Positions 37,298 to 52,500 of a stretch of 64,000 bases of DNA are shown here, piece after piece. Each line of letters starts with the position of its first letter. Position 1 is the first letter of the stretch. The position numbers were made by a program, and so were the translations under genes. The stretch covers positions 13,215,951 through 13,279,950 of the forward strand of contig JAUZTB010000065.1 of the NCBI GenBank assembly GCA_034780895.1, in the 5' to 3' direction. This stretch comes from Rhynchobatus australiae. Lineage: Eukaryota. The notes beneath the pieces are model-generated. The model was not told the DNA's origin and ran no database searches. It saw only the letters and a program-made list of their open reading frames with translations.

Positions 37298-38300
37298 TCT
37301 AGTTTTTTTTAAACATTTGGTAAGTGCCAACTGTCTGAATGTTGTAACCCAGGATGGAAGCAAAATGATTTTGCATTGAAGCCACATCATTGGTTATTGC
37401 ATACAAGAGAAAGACATGCTAGCTGTGCAGGCTGCAGATAACCGGAGCAAATGTCTAGGAACATTCTTTGGGTAAACTGCTTCAGCAACTTGTCTAGCAA
37501 TTGATTAACAAGGCAATTACAAGTCTATTATACAAAGGGAGCAGAGCCTCAGCAATTGTAACTGTGCAGGAAATATAGCTCTGTCACAACAGAACTCAGA
37601 ACATGTTTACAACTGTAAACCTTTAGAATAGATGCTTATGGTCAGGTGTTGACAGTTAGCATTTTATATAAATCAGCTTCAATACAAATGAATCTCAATA
37701 CAATAAATCTACAAGAAAATCAAGATGCTTAACGGAATGCAATTATACAAAAGCCATTACACTACCATTCACAGAGTCCATTGCACTACTGCGAGATTGG
37801 CTTGCGATACTTAGAATGGAGGGAAAAATGTAAAATGTAGAGAAGTTTTTTTTAAACTATTTCAGCAAATAGTGATTAAGGTTACAGAATAAAATGTTTA
37901 CACAAACTAATTCATGCTTTGTATCAAATGTTCAAGTTAATGGAACTATGCAGAAAAGTTGTGTTTGACACTACGGTTACTTTGTTTTATGATGAATTTA
38001 TAACAATGTAGATACCCAAATGGTACCAAATCCCACCATTTCCCCAACCCCTGATCTTACAGTACATAAACCCACACTGTCATGAGGTGCTGGTGTTCAT
38101 GGTCAAGTCAACACTAAACTCCTCCCATTGCCCTATTTCAGATACTAAGCATTACACAGCAAGTCAAAGGCTCAGACTAAAGTGTTTGAAAAGTAGCCAT
38201 TTGGAAACCAGGGGAAGAGCAAGTCTCCATATACTGTGTAAAGAGTTTGATAAATGTTATTACGTCCAATACAGTACATGCGATAGTATGCTTTAGATCC

Positions 38301-38492
<192 letters not shown>

Positions 38493-39319
38493 TTAACAGT
38501 CATTGTGAACAATCGACCTTAAACACATCGCTTCTGGGTCAAAGCTAATGCAAGCTCCTCACACTGATGTTATATTAGAAACAAGTATTCACTTCACTAT
38601 TGTGTCAGCGCAAGGCCAAATTGTTAATCCTGCATGAGAAAGCTTTGCCCAAGAGATTTAGGAATTTGAATTGGAAAATATACCAGTTCTGTGCAGCACT
38701 GGAGGCATGCCAATAACATTGTAGGAGGCAAGCCGCACCATAGCCATGGATGGATTTAAACTTAATTTCAACTAGAGTATTGCTGGACTGGAAGATCATG
38801 CAGGTCAACCAACATGGATAATGGAACTTGACACAAATTAAGATGGTCAAATACAAGGTGCAATCAAGATTTTATCGTAGTATTCTGCAACAGGCAAAAT
38901 GCCAAGGATGCCATTCCTCACACACCAATGTAGTACTGAACTGCAGCTCAAAGGGCCAAGTGGTTATATCACATGAACTAACAGGGACTGGTAAGAGTTG
39001 TTCTAGTAAGGATAAGTCAGTTAAAAACCAAATTGCCTCAAGACAGCAAATCTGACAAAGCAGAACTACTGGGAGAATTGCTAGCATATCAGATTACAAA
39101 AACTAGTATGCATTTCCTTTAACACCAAAACTAAGCCAATTTTAGCTCAACTGGGAGGGCAAGTGCCTGAAGGCAGATACATACAGAGAGGGTGGAGCAA
39201 ACATCCTGCTATATTAAAGTCTTAAAATAGCAATTCATTTCAGCTGGAGGTCTGGAATTAAAAATGAAAGCAGTCGTTATGACAAGATTTCCATTCAAAC
39301 ATGTAAAATTTGAGACATA

Positions 39320-40215
39320 AATTACCTGGATGAAAACGGATAGGTAGGTTAGTAAGTTGTAGACGATATGAAGACTGGTGTTGCGGATAGCATAGAAGAC
39401 TGCCAAAGGATACAGCAGGATATAAATCAGTTGCAGATATGGGTGGAGAAATGGCAAATGGAGTTTAACCCAGCCAAATATGAAGTGATACACTTGATCA
39501 ACTGCAAAGGGACAGTACACTTAATGGTAAGGTCTTTGATAGTGTTGATTTAGGGAGATCTTGATGTCCAAGTTCATAGCTCCCTAAAGTGGCTACACAG
39601 GTTGATTGGGTGATAAAGGCAACATATAGCATCCTTACCTTTATTAGATGAACTGATTTCAAGAGTTGGGAAAGTTATGTTTCAGCTTTATGAAACTAGT
39701 TAGGCTGCATCTGGAGTACTGCATTTAATTCTGGTCACCCCATTACATGAAGGACATGGATGCTTTGGAGAGGGTGCAGAAGAGGTTTACCAGGATGATG
39801 CCTGCATTCAAGAGTATAGGATACAAGGAGAGGTTGGACAAATTTGGGTTGTTTTCTCTGGAATGGTTGAGGGGGAGATCTGCTAGATGTTTATAAGATT
39901 GAGAAGCATAGATAGAGCAAACAGCCAGGGTTGAAATGTCTAATACCAGAGGGCATGCATTTAAGGCAGGGGAAAGAGTTCAAGATGTGTGGGGCAAGTT
40001 TTTTTTATGTACACATATACATAGTGGTGCTGCTCGAAATGCACTGCCAGTGGTGGCGGAAAATATGATAGAGGTGTTCAAAAGACTCTTAAGATAGGCA
40101 CATGAATGTACAGGAAAAGGAGGGATATAGACATTGTGTAGGCAGAGGGGATTAGTTTAGTCAGGCATTTCGTTAATTAGTTCAGCACATCATTCCTGTG
40201 CTGTACTGTTCCTAT
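39320..40215 (+). mobile_element. CR1 LINE, RT to 3' end
   Basis: DCQRIQQDINQLQIWVEKWQMEFNPAKYEVIH. Confidence 0.9.
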
Positions 40216-42949
40216 TTCACTCATTCAAGTTAGAAGTACAAGATTTGGTCATTCATCTTGATGTTTACAAATAGTTGCTTCAGAGTAATTTAGTGGCTAG
40301 AGACTAAAAAAGCAAGCCTCCACTTTCCCCAAACCCAAAATTAAGCTCAATTCAAGTCTGTCTTATAGACTTGAAGGTATTGAGAAAAGATGAAACAGCA
40401 ACTATTGTCACATCTGTTGCAAGACAGTTGAGATGAGCAGAACTGGTGAAAGTTCAGATGTNNNNNNNNNNNNNNNNNNNNNNNNNNNNNNNNNNNNNNN
40501 NNNNNNNNNNNNNNNNNNNNNNNNNNNNNNNNNNNNNNNNGTACCTCTTCCAATCTCTGCTCATTTCCTTGCCCTTCTAATTCTTTTGACTGGCAAAAGA
40601 TGGAGAACTAAGTTCTGCCTTTGAAGCATAAAATGCAGATTAAATTGATAAGAGTGTCCAAGCTGCTAACCACAAATTTTGCAATTCTTTAAATGTTCAA
40701 AGAAAAGGCAATGCAAATACTTGGTTTTTGCACTTCCTCCTTTGGATATTTCATATAGCCACTGTGACTAATGTTTTGAACAAAGTCTGGATAAATAGAC
40801 AAGTGGCCATTTGGTGCCAATGTTTTGGGAAGGACAGATGAATGCTAATAAATAGACCCCAGAGCTCAAATATCATTCCCTCAAAGTATTTAAAAATGTC
40901 TTATACAGGTGTCATGAATTTGCAGAAAACCCAGAGCATCAAATATAGATTCACTTGAATGCCAGGAATAGGGTAAATGGTTACAATATTGGAAACCTTT
41001 CTATCAAATGGGAAACTCCAGGAAAATGAAGTAAAAATGCTTAGAACCAAGGCAGCAAATATTTTGCATCAACTTTTCAGCAAAATTCCAACACCACAAA
41101 GCCTTAGTTAATTACTGCTAAGTCACCTGTAGCTGTGATTATAAAGTTGGACACCTACATACAATTCAGAATGATCAACCATGGAGTGGGGTTTCAGCAG
41201 ACAGTAATTGGCCCAATCTCTGGTCTCAGTTTTGCTGAATTACTGAGATAAAATATCCATATCACTCCACTCATTAAGCTAGTCAAGTCTAACACATCTT
41301 GGGGTAGGTTTCAAGTTAGACAGCTGGCAAATTTTCCAAATTCCTAGCCCTAGATATTAAAGGAACAGTTTCAGCTACACAATCAGATCTGTTAAGTCAG
41401 ATCCAAATTGCCAACACTTGCACATACAAAGTTTTGAAAAGGAGCAATGGCTCCAAGCCACAATGGTTATTTCATCTAGCCTGCCACTGAGCCTTTTCCA
41501 ATTAGACTGGCTTAACATTGCAGAATAACTAATTAGGAAATGTGCAGTAGTTATTTTTTTAAAAACAAGCCTAATCCTTGTTCAGGGAAAGTGCAAGCCA
41601 AACAAGCAATTAGAAAGGCATCAGAAGCATTGAAAAAAATAAACCCCATCACTTGATATGACACATGAATTGCAGCCATTGAAAACTTAAAGCCATCATT
41701 GAGGTCAAGATTTGGTGTGCTCAAAATTATACATGCTACAAGCAGAAAGTCACCCACTTGGAGTTTGAAGTTAATTAGCAAAGTTATGTTCTAGAAACTG
41801 TTTGAATTTGCTATGAAATCTTCATTTTAAATGTTAAAGTATGAGGAAAAAGACATATGCCTTCAGAACACTGAGAAGGCATAATGGGTTAAATAGCCTC
41901 AAGCTGTACTAATCAGGATAGTGCATAGCTATTCAGCTTATTCCCTTTAATCCAAATATTAGAATATTTCTGGCTAGTATTATGGAACAAAGTGGTATCA
42001 ATGGTGATTTTTACTATTGTGAACTAAATGANNNNNNNNNNNNNNNNNNNNNNNNNNNNATTTAGACAAAATCTCAAGTGCACCAAGGAAGCACATGGAC
42101 ATAGAAAAACACCATTGCCTATGGATACTACAGTACAGATTGCCACCTTCAATAAAGTATATCAATACATTGGTATTACCTATTTTTATCTGCTGTGAAG
42201 TGGAGCCATTTTAATACTATTTTAGCACCATCTATTAGTTATAACAGACAAATTCATCTCTGGAGCAATCTTCATTCAAGAAGCCAAGATCTCAAACCAG
42301 CATGCCCCAGAGAAAGGTGATAAAGTTGGTCATTGCATTCTAGTGCCAAGTTTGAAGAATACAATAGAAAGGCTGTCCTGCATTTATAATAGCTATTAAT
42401 TAGCTCAAATTTTCATACAAGGGTAGGTAGTATAATGTCTTGAAAATTTGAAAACTGCAGAAGCTAGAAACACGGGTTAGGAACATCTGTGGAATCAGTT
42501 GATGTTTCAAAAATTGAAAAGCAATGATCATGCAAAACTGATTTTGAAAGGCTGTACTGTGCAAGTTAGGTGCTGTTACTTAAGCTTCTGGGGTCCATTT
42601 GAAATGTTGAGGGGAGGAAAGGTTAACTGGGAAGATTAAAGTGTATGAGTAAACAGTGCAGAATAGTGGTACCCTGCAGAGTGATAGCCAATTCTCATTT
42701 GGTCTCTCCAAACTGCTTTGAGCAGCAAAATTTTACTGAATTGAAGGACTTATGGGAAGAGAAAAGTTAATGCTTGAGTGGGCAAAGAATGGATAGAACA
42801 AGAAATCTGATAGGGAGAGGATGGGCTACTGAGAGGATATATTGCAGACATCATTCAGGCGGTGTTAATATGGGAAGTTAGAGAAAAAAAGTGAGGTTAG
42901 CTAGAGCAAGAAACAAAGGAATGCAATTTTGAAAATTAGAGCCAGGTCA

Positions 42950-43520
42950 GGATAGGTTAGGAGGGGAACAGGCCCCTTGGTCCATCTGTGCTGTACACAA
43001 TGCCAAATTAAAAATCTCTTGCCTGCACATAATCCATATCCCTCCATATTCATGTATGAAAGCCTCAAACATGGCCAATGTAACAGCTTCCACCACTACC
43101 CCAGCAGCCTGGTCNNNGGCACCTACCATTTCAATCCTTCACTTGTCCACGTCTCCTTTAAACTTCCCCATCCCACCTTAAATGCATGTCCTCTAGTATT
43201 TGAGATTTCTACCTTGGAGGGGAGACTGACTGTCCACCTCATCTCAGCCTCTCAATGTTCCTGAGAAAAAATACCCAAGTTTGGTCACTCCCTCCTTGCA
43301 GCTCATATCCTCTAATCCAAGTAGCATTTTGGTAAACATTGGTACCCTTTCCAAAGCCTCCATATCCTTCCTTTAACAAAGTGACCAGAATTGCACACAA
43401 TCCAAGTGCAGCCTAACTGAAGTTTTATAGAACTACAACGTGACTTCCTTATTCTTGTACTCAATGCCCTGACCAATGAAGGCAAGCATGCCATGCGCCT
43501 TCTTTACCACCCCTCTACTT
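42950..43520 (-). mobile_element. CR1 LINE 3' fragment
   Basis: VVKKAHGMLAFIGQGIEYKNKEVTL. Confidence 0.88.
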
Positions 43521-44419
43521 GAATCATTTAAGCTGTTATTTGGTACAAAATACTGCCTTGTACATTTGTGCTTTTGATGTGCATTTAGGTTTCCATCCAC
43601 AGTTGGAAAGATCAATCAGTTCAATCCCATTTCTTGCTGTTCTCTCGGGCCCATTATCCTCAAACCAATAAGGTTCATCACCTTCCATTCAAGGGGTCAT
43701 TTTGAACCCAGTAAAATATCTTCCAATATTCCTTGCAACCCTTTGTCATTACCGTGCTTCCTCCCTCTTCTCCCCTCCAAACACGATGTTCTCAACTTTA
43801 CAGATAAAAGCTGAGATTTCCATTTAGTAAAAATATTGCTGCTTAAAGCAGTTTGGGAAACAATCACTTTGCAGAGTACCATTTTGCACTCTACATTGAA
43901 ATTTTAATATTCCCTCAACATTTCAAATGAACCCCAGAAGCACAAGGAATATCTAACTGACCTTTCAAACTTAGTTTCACACAATTGCTCTCATTCTGCT
44001 AGAAATATGGCAACATCATTCACATGTTTCTTTTCTGGTCACAATACCAATCATACTGTAGAGCACCCCTCAATTGAACTGTTTTATCCCAGGCCTTTCC
44101 CATTGCTTTTCCCCCTCTGGTTTTCTTGCCAAAAACCTAACAATCAATCTTGATGATTCAAGATGTTTCTTTCAGATTTTAGCATCTTCTGTATTTTATG
44201 ATACCAATTGCATCAGCCAAACTAATGATGGGCCCTTGAGGGGATACTCATCTGATCACTGGTACAGCTTTCTAATTGCATTCGTCTCACTAAAACTTAC
44301 AACATTAACACAACAGGTTAAAATATTACAGCATGAAACCAAATGGAAGGTCTAATAAAACAGGCCAAAACAAATCCAAAATTAGACTGATTAAAGTTTC
44401 ACTATAGTTATCCAACTCA

Positions 44420-44587
<168 letters not shown>

Positions 44588-44666
44588 TTAAAGATTGTTA
44601 ATATAGTTGCCACATGATCTTTTATATATTGGCATTGTCACAAAATTGTTTTAATAATGAACTTAC

Positions 44667-44787
44667 CCAAGCTGTCTGGACTATCAATTGAGAAACACAT
44701 TAAAATAACATCAGTGTCTGGATAGGAGAGAGGTCGGAGTCTATCGTAATCTTCTTGCCCGGCTGTATCCCAGAGTGCAAGTTCAAC
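44667..44787 (-). CDS. RHOC: RhoC coding exon 2 ([40 protein letters not shown])
   Basis: WDTAGQE switch II; 121 nt; cag| and |gtaagt. Confidence 0.95.
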
Positions 44788-45236
44788 CTGCAACATAATG
44801 CATCTTACTAGCTGAAGCACAAAACAAGCCATTCTGTAATGTTACATTTTAACATAGGAAATTTAGCTCAACCATGGCAAGGAATTGTGGTAATGAAATC
44901 TAAACTTTATACCTCATCCATCAGATCTTGACCAAAATTGAAATTAGATCAACTCCATCCCACCTGACCAACATTAAACAAACAATGCCAAGATTGACTC
45001 TTACTGACCATTGCTCTTAATTTAAGAATTTGTACTGTTCAGATGCTAATCTTATTAGCAAGATCCATTGCATTGTAGTCAGGAGCCAGATGTGTAGCAT
45101 TCAAATGCCAAAATACTAACTCTCCTCTTGATGTTTAAGAAAATACAAACTAATTTTGGTTCAGAAAATGCATAGAAAAATTTGCAAGCTTTGTTTTACT
45201 ACAATTGCTGGCAATGAGCAATTTGAAATCAATTCA

Positions 45237-45452
<216 letters not shown>

Positions 45453-45959
45453 TTAGTAAATGAGGACAAAAAACTGAAGTTAGGGGGCAAGTACCAATGG
45501 CAAAATTTGGATCAAACTGAAGCCTTGTGACATGGGGAAGATGAATCATCAATTAACCTCAGTTCAATGCCATGGAAAACATGTCATTACATGTTAATTC
45601 AAATCCCACCCATCTTCCATAGCAAGTCTTTGCAAAACTAGGTGTTTCAATTGGAGACTGTCAAATGCATCTATTGGACAAAGATTCTTGGTGTCTGACT
45701 GGTAGTTAGATGTAGATGTTGGGCTTGGTTTGATGCTAATCATAGTTTGCCAACACTATGGTTCCTTTCAACTGTCCCCAACCAAAATCATCCCAATGTT
45801 TAAGCAATTGGGTACTTTGGAGCACATTCTTCCACTACTGGAAGTATGGCAGTCAATTTACACAAAGTTCCATAAACAACAAAACAATGCCTAGATGAAA
45901 AAAGCTAGTCCATGCTGGCCATTGGAACTCTGCTGCACTGGTGAAAATATTTCATAAGG

Positions 45960-46400
45960 CAAAATGAGGCACTGACCACCAAATGTTTATCCTAAGGTTG
46001 TTAACTACAAGCAAATGCAGAGTATTACTTAGCGGTGATGGATTGAGAAGTGTTGCTACACAAGGGACTTGGATGTCATTGTACATCAGTAATGAAATGC
46101 AAACATGCAAGTGTAGCAAGCAGTTAAGGTAGCAAATGGCATTGCATCCTTGTTTGCAGAAACAGGGCCTTCTGGGTAGTTTTGACCTCCTTACCCAAGG
46201 ATGTGGATGCCAGAGCAAGTGCAGCAAGGATTCACCAGATTGATTCTTGGGGTGGCAGTATTGTCACAAGTTGGGCCAAGCTAGGATTTATTCACTGGAG
46301 TTGAGAATTAGAGGGGATGTCACTGAAGCATTCAAAATTCTGACAAGGCTTAACAGATTGCATTCAGAAAGGATATTTCCTTTGCCTACAAGTGGGAGGG
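45960..46400 (+). mobile_element. CR1 LINE fragment
   Basis: YSLELRIRGDVTEAFKIL..ERIFP remnant. Confidence 0.8.
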
Positions 46401-47918
46401 TGCTAGGACAAAAAAGCATCAAGTATGAGGCATCAGCACAATTACTTTGCATTCAAAAGCAGGGTCAAATAGCTTCCTGCTTTCATTCAATACAGCACAA
46501 TGAGATGCCAAAATTCTGTATGTGACTGAAGCTGGACTTGAAGCCCAACCAGTCAGTACTTCCATTAGCCAAGTACTATATCACTAAAGATGGCATCCAA
46601 GTGGGAACCTTGATGGCTGGGTTCCCTGTGCATCTGCTGGAAGCCAGTCAAGGTTCATCACTAAATATAGCCTGATAATTTCTTTTCCCATTGTAATTTT
46701 AATGGCCTTAAGGCTTTGAAGAATCAAAAAAGCTTGTGCTACCCACCACCACAAAATAGTCTACGCTTTTCGAAGTCCACAAGCCATGAAGTTTTCACAA
46801 TGCCTTTTGCAAGTTGAGAAAGTGAAAACATTGAAACTCAAAAGCATTGCATTCACAAAATGATTTGGTCAAACAGTTGGCCTGTCCATGACTAGATAGC
46901 CCACAAGCATTGCAGAAAAACTAATTTCTATTGGAACTAGCAATCATCCTACCAAAATTTAAATGTTAGTTATGCTGTGGGCGGTGGGGAAGAAATAGTA
47001 ATAAGCCTCTGACAGAGCCTACAGATTAGTCTGTATAACATGCCAAGTCCAAGGGTACAAAAGTTCCCTTCTCACCACACCCACCAAGCTAAAATTCAAA
47101 CTTCAAGAGTTAGGAATGAAGTGTCTATTTGTCGAGTTGCAGCTGTGAGTCAGAAATACCATTACTTATGGGTTTTGGTTTGGAACAAATGTGCTTCCTG
47201 TCAGGAGACAGGCCAGCCAAGCAGTGGAAGAGGGAGGATCACCCATAAGAAATAGCAACAGGAATACAACTTTTATACATTGGTAGCCCAGACAAATATC
47301 CAGGAAATAATTTAGCTGTGGCTATGTTCAGTTTGGAAAAGGAACAGGGTGAAGGAAAGACTTTATCCAGAGGGACTATTGCCAATTGTTCATTTGGAAA
47401 TTGTTACACCCTTAAACCAACTTCAATAGAAGTACACACTACTGCATGGCCAGGAATACAAAAGTCATTTAGACCTCACTCCACTCCAAGGTAAGCAAGC
47501 AATAAAAATCACCTAGTCTATTTAATAGTTTGCCATGTGCTCAGCAACTGATAATAGAACACACCTAGGACTCATTCAGGTCAATGAATTAGTTCAACAC
47601 TATTAGGGAGGTGGGACAGTAAAAAAAACAATCAACCTTAGGTCTTGCAGATCAAGCAAACCTCAGGTCATCCAGTGATACAATTTCTGAAAAGGTAACT
47701 CAAAGCAAAGTACAATTGGATTCAGCTGCTCTCAAACTTGAATAATGATGAAGATCCAGCTTGAAATCAGTTAAATGCCAATCAATTCATATTGAAATAA
47801 CTATTTAGCATCCATCTGCCTGTTAAAGAATAACTTTCAAGTAGCTTTAATGAGGAACCAGCTACTGCTGATTAATTTGAAATGATGCAATTTAGACTTG
47901 GTTAACAATCCACATATA

Positions 47919-49523
47919 CAGTGGCATGCAAAAGTTTGGGCACCCCTGGTCAAAATTTGTCACCGAGTAGCTAAGTAAAAGATGACCTGATTTCCAAGAG
48001 GCATAAAGTTAAAGATGACACTTATATTTTTGAAAAAGATTTTATTTCTTTTACAGTTTCAAGATAAAAAAGGCCTGAAGTTTGGGCACCCAGCAGTCAG
48101 TAGCACCCCCTTTGGCAAGTATCACAGCTTGTAAACACTTTCTGTAGCCAGCTAAGTCTTTCAATTCTTGTTTGGGGGATTTGTCCATCCTTCTTTGAAA
48201 AATGCTTCTAGTTCTGAGAGACTCTTGGGCCACCTAGTATACACTGCTCTTTTGAGGTCTATCCACAGCTTTGATGATGTTTAGGTCAGGGGACTGAGGG
48301 CCATGGCAAAACCTTCAGTTTGTGCATCTTGAAGTAGTCCATTGTAGATTGAGGTGTTTGCGATCATTATCCTATTGTAGAAGCCATCCCCTTCATCTTC
48401 AGGTTTTTTTTTAAAAAGTGTGATGTTTGCTTCCAGAATTTGCTGGTATTTAATTGAATTCATTCTTCCCTCTACCAGTGAAATAGTCCCCATGCCATTG
48501 GCTGCAACACAAGCCCAAAGCATGATCAATCCACCTGTGCTTAACAGTTGGAGAGGTGTTCTTTTCATGAATTTCTGCACCTGTTTTTCCTCCAAGCATA
48601 CCTTTGCTCATTGCAGCCAAAAAGTTCTATTTTAACTTCATCAGTCCACAGGACTTGTTTCCAAAATAGATCTGGCTTGTTTAGATGTTCCTTTGCAAAC
48701 TTCTGACACTGAATTTTGTGGTGAGGACACAGGAAGGGTATTCTGATGACTCTTCCATGAAGGTCATTTGTGCAGGTGTCACTGCACAGTAGAACAGTGC
48801 ACCACCACTCAAGTCTGCTAAATCTTCCTGAAGGTCTTTTGCAGTCACAGGGGCTCTGATTTGCCTTTCTAGAAATCCAACAAGCTGTTCTTGGAAAGTT
48901 TTCTTGGTCTTCCAGACCTCAACTGTTCCTGTTAACTGTCATTTCTTGATTACATTACAAGCTGAGGAAACTGCTACCTGAAAACACTGCTATCTTATAA
49001 CCTTCTCCTGCTTTGTGGGCATCATTTTTTAATTTTCAGAGTGCTAAGCAGCTGCCTAGAGGAGCCTAAGGTGCTGATTGTTGGCACAAGGTTTGAGTCA
49101 GGGTATTTTTAAAGCTTTGAAATTTGCATCACCTGGCCTTTCCTAACGATGACTGAACAAGCCATAGCCCTAACAAGCTAATGAAGGTCTGAGACCTTGG
49201 TAAAAGTTATGAACTCAAATCTCTTGGGATGCCCAAACTTNNNNNNNNNNNNNNNNNNNNNNNNNNNNNNNNNNNNNNNNNNNNNNNNNNNNNNNNNNNN
49301 NNNNNNNNNNNNNNNNNNNNNNNNNNNNNNNNNNNNNNNNGCCCAAACTTGCATGGTGCTCCTTTCTTTTTCACTCATTGTACAGAGGAATACACTAATC
49401 CTGCTTAAAGTGTTGAAAAGAACATTTCTTCTTTGACTTTTGGAGATCAGTTCATCTTCTACTCACTTAACTATTCACAGTAAGAAATTTTGACCAGTGT
49501 GCCTAAACTTTGGCATGCCACTG
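47919..49523 (-). mobile_element. Full-length decayed Tc1/mariner DNA transposon, IR/DR type
   Basis: TA|CAGTGGCATGCAAAAGTTTGGGCAC...GTGCCTAAACTTTGGCATGCCACTG|TA; imperfect TIRs of about 180 bp with inner direct repeats; transposase remnants SGRPRK, WTDEVKIELF, GGLIMLWAC, Q*DND.KH, SPDLNII, AKGGAT; frameshifted. Confidence 0.95.
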
Positions 49524-52500
49524 TACCTTTCACATCAGTACAAAGCAGAAACTTGAGGGGGTTGGTAATATTAGCTCCACAAGGAAGAGTTCATAAACAT
49601 ATCTAGAGCACAATACAATTTGCAGTCAAAGATTAGATCTAATGTTGGAAAGTAAACCAAATTAGTTTTAAAACTACTGGTGATTCTGCTTTATGACCCA
49701 GAAAACTCAAATAAGTGACAAATGCAAAGTAGACCTACAATTGAATCAGCTGATTTTAGTCAGATTAGCTACCAGAGGTTAGCAAAACTAGCGATTCTGA
49801 CACAATATCCTGGAAGTAGCATATTTCAATGGGGCAATAACAATGAAATGTGGCCAAAAGTAGTTCCTGTATAACCTGCAGATAACAATACCTACAGCAA
49901 AGTTTAAGTTTCCCCTTGACAGTAGGGCATACAAATTGCCCATTTCAATGTTGATAGTGTAATTATATCATGCAGCTAGCTCAGCAAACAATTTTCCAAG
50001 TCTTACAGTAAAGCCTTCTGGTGACTGAAAGTTTTGGATCAGTGTTTCAACCATCCCAATTCTGCACTATGAAGACTCACTGCTAGCCATATCTTACAGA
50101 TAAAATCCAAAATTTTACACTGTTGGTATAGGGGAATTAGAGAGCTTCCTGTATACAATGTGCTGAATTTGAAAATTTCTCAACTCAAACTGCCATTCCA
50201 CAAGGAATCCAAAAGCCAAGTGCAGGCAAGTGTTTCTTCCATTTTCCTCCTCCCTCAATGTTTGTGCTTTAATTCTTTAGTCTTTGTAGAGCACAGCTCA
50301 AGTGAGCAAACTTGCATCAAAAAGACTAGGTCAAAATTAAAGGGAATTTTGGGCAGTGAAAGCTGTGGCAAAGCATACAAATGGAAAACTGACAAGGCAA
50401 AGCAGGTCATCTGTTCTGCCATTCAAGATCATTACTGATGTATCTCAACCCCATTTTCCTGCACTGACCCCATTTACTTTCAATTACTTTAATATGGTTT
50501 CACCAACTTCTCCTGATAGCTAATCCATCTAAAATCAGCTGATCCAATCATAGGTCTGCTTTGCATTTGTCATGTTTTATTTCTGCTGAATTGTATGGAT
50601 CAATGTATCCACTGATTGAGCCTCCACTGCACCAAGGTAAAGATTTCAAGATTTGCCACTAACCAAGTGAAGATATTTCTTCGAAGTGGCCAATCCCTTC
50701 AGAATATTTGCTGGTTCTAGCCAGGGGAACATCATCCCTACATCCAACTTGTCAAGATTATAGAAGTTTGATCTAAGATTTTCTTCTAATTAGCAACATG
50801 TAGACATCAACTTTTTAAGCATGCCATGGGAAAGGTGCTGTCAACCTCAATTCTTGCTCTGGAAGAACTCATCACTACACCAGTGGAGCATTCAACACCT
50901 TGCAAATTTAGCCAAAATGTCTTATTTACTGAACCCCAAAAGGAAATGAAAATTTAGAGGTTTGTAAGGTCCTTAAGAATCATTATGAAAACTACATAAA
51001 ATTCAAGCATGCCAGACTGGATATAAAAGACAAATATTGACAGCTAGACCAGAAATGCAAATAGTATATCAAACACAAATGGCATCTTTAGTACCAGTGC
51101 ACTATTAGGCCAGAACACGTAGGAAAGTGCAAACAATTCTGCAGAAAACAGCAGGCATCTACACAAATCACCCCCTCCCCCCCCCCCACCAATCCCCTTT
51201 CACCCCACCACACCAAGTGTCAGGGAGTTTAGATTAGCCATTCAGTGCCCCAACATTGGACTCCATTAGTTAAACCCAACCCAAAGTCAGTGATTTAAAT
51301 GCAGAAGAATGGTTTAAAAATGTTTAATCAAAGAAACTTGTAAATTAATTCCAGTGATCTTCAACAGTTTCTGCATGTCAGGAATATCCAGAAGCAGGGA
51401 AGTGGTCAAGCGAACTTTCAGCTGTTTAGCTGGCAGTTTGTTCGGGACACCAATTGATGGCATTTCATTACACCAAAGACCTTGCCAACAGCAAATAAAC
51501 TGGAGTTAATATCTTTCATTGCCACAAGTTAGGTTGCAGTATATACAAATATCAAGGATTTGCTTAGAATGCAGGTGCACTATAGACAGAGAAGATTCCC
51601 ATTTCCCCAATCTAATGGGCTGTGATCTCAGATTTTTCATCACTGACATGTGAAATTTGTTGTTTTATGGCAGCAGTACAGTGCAAAAACAAAACAATGG
51701 TGGGAATTCTGCTATTTACTATATCTGTCCATCTCTTACTATTGGCCATATCAACAATTCTTAATTTCCAGAAGAGAAAACAGGCTCCAACTCAAAAGCA
51801 AACACTGGAAGTAGCTGGTAACTCCATTGGTCTACCCATTGTTGTATAGGTAACAAGAGTATCATTTCTTGGTGATAAATCTCAGACCATGATAGTTGAC
51901 AAATTTAATTGTCACAGCACATGACAGTATCAAATGAGAACAAAATTCAGTTAAAACAATGTAATTTAATCTAACTTGCATTAACACAAAGCATTGCTAA
52001 TACATTGAATACTTATCACAAGCAAAAACAATTAGAGGAATCTACTTTCTGCAAATGCTGAAGTTACCAGGGAGCCTAAAATAGTAGTACAATTTTATTA
52101 GCCAGTAAAATGTTACAAGGGACCAATAACTCCAACTGAATAATAATCCCCATCCTGGAATAGATGGAGGACAATTATGTACCAGAGACAAGTGCTAAAC
52201 AATCATTTTCACATCACTCCCTTTCCACTAGTTTGGGAGCTGGCATTTATCTCAAACAATTCCTCTTAGCAAGTTGAAGGTTACACAATGTATATTACTA
52301 TGGAGCAACTGAACTTTACCTTGGATCAAAATTTATGTGCCACCCCCAGGGTGAATTAGGTCAATATTTTTGACTAGATTAAGCAAACTACAAGAAAACA
52401 GAAGGAAATTAACCTTCCTTAACATGCAGCAGAAAACTGCATGTCATGGACATGCATCTTAGTTATTAACTCATGAAGGACTGAAATCCATTTGAGAAAA

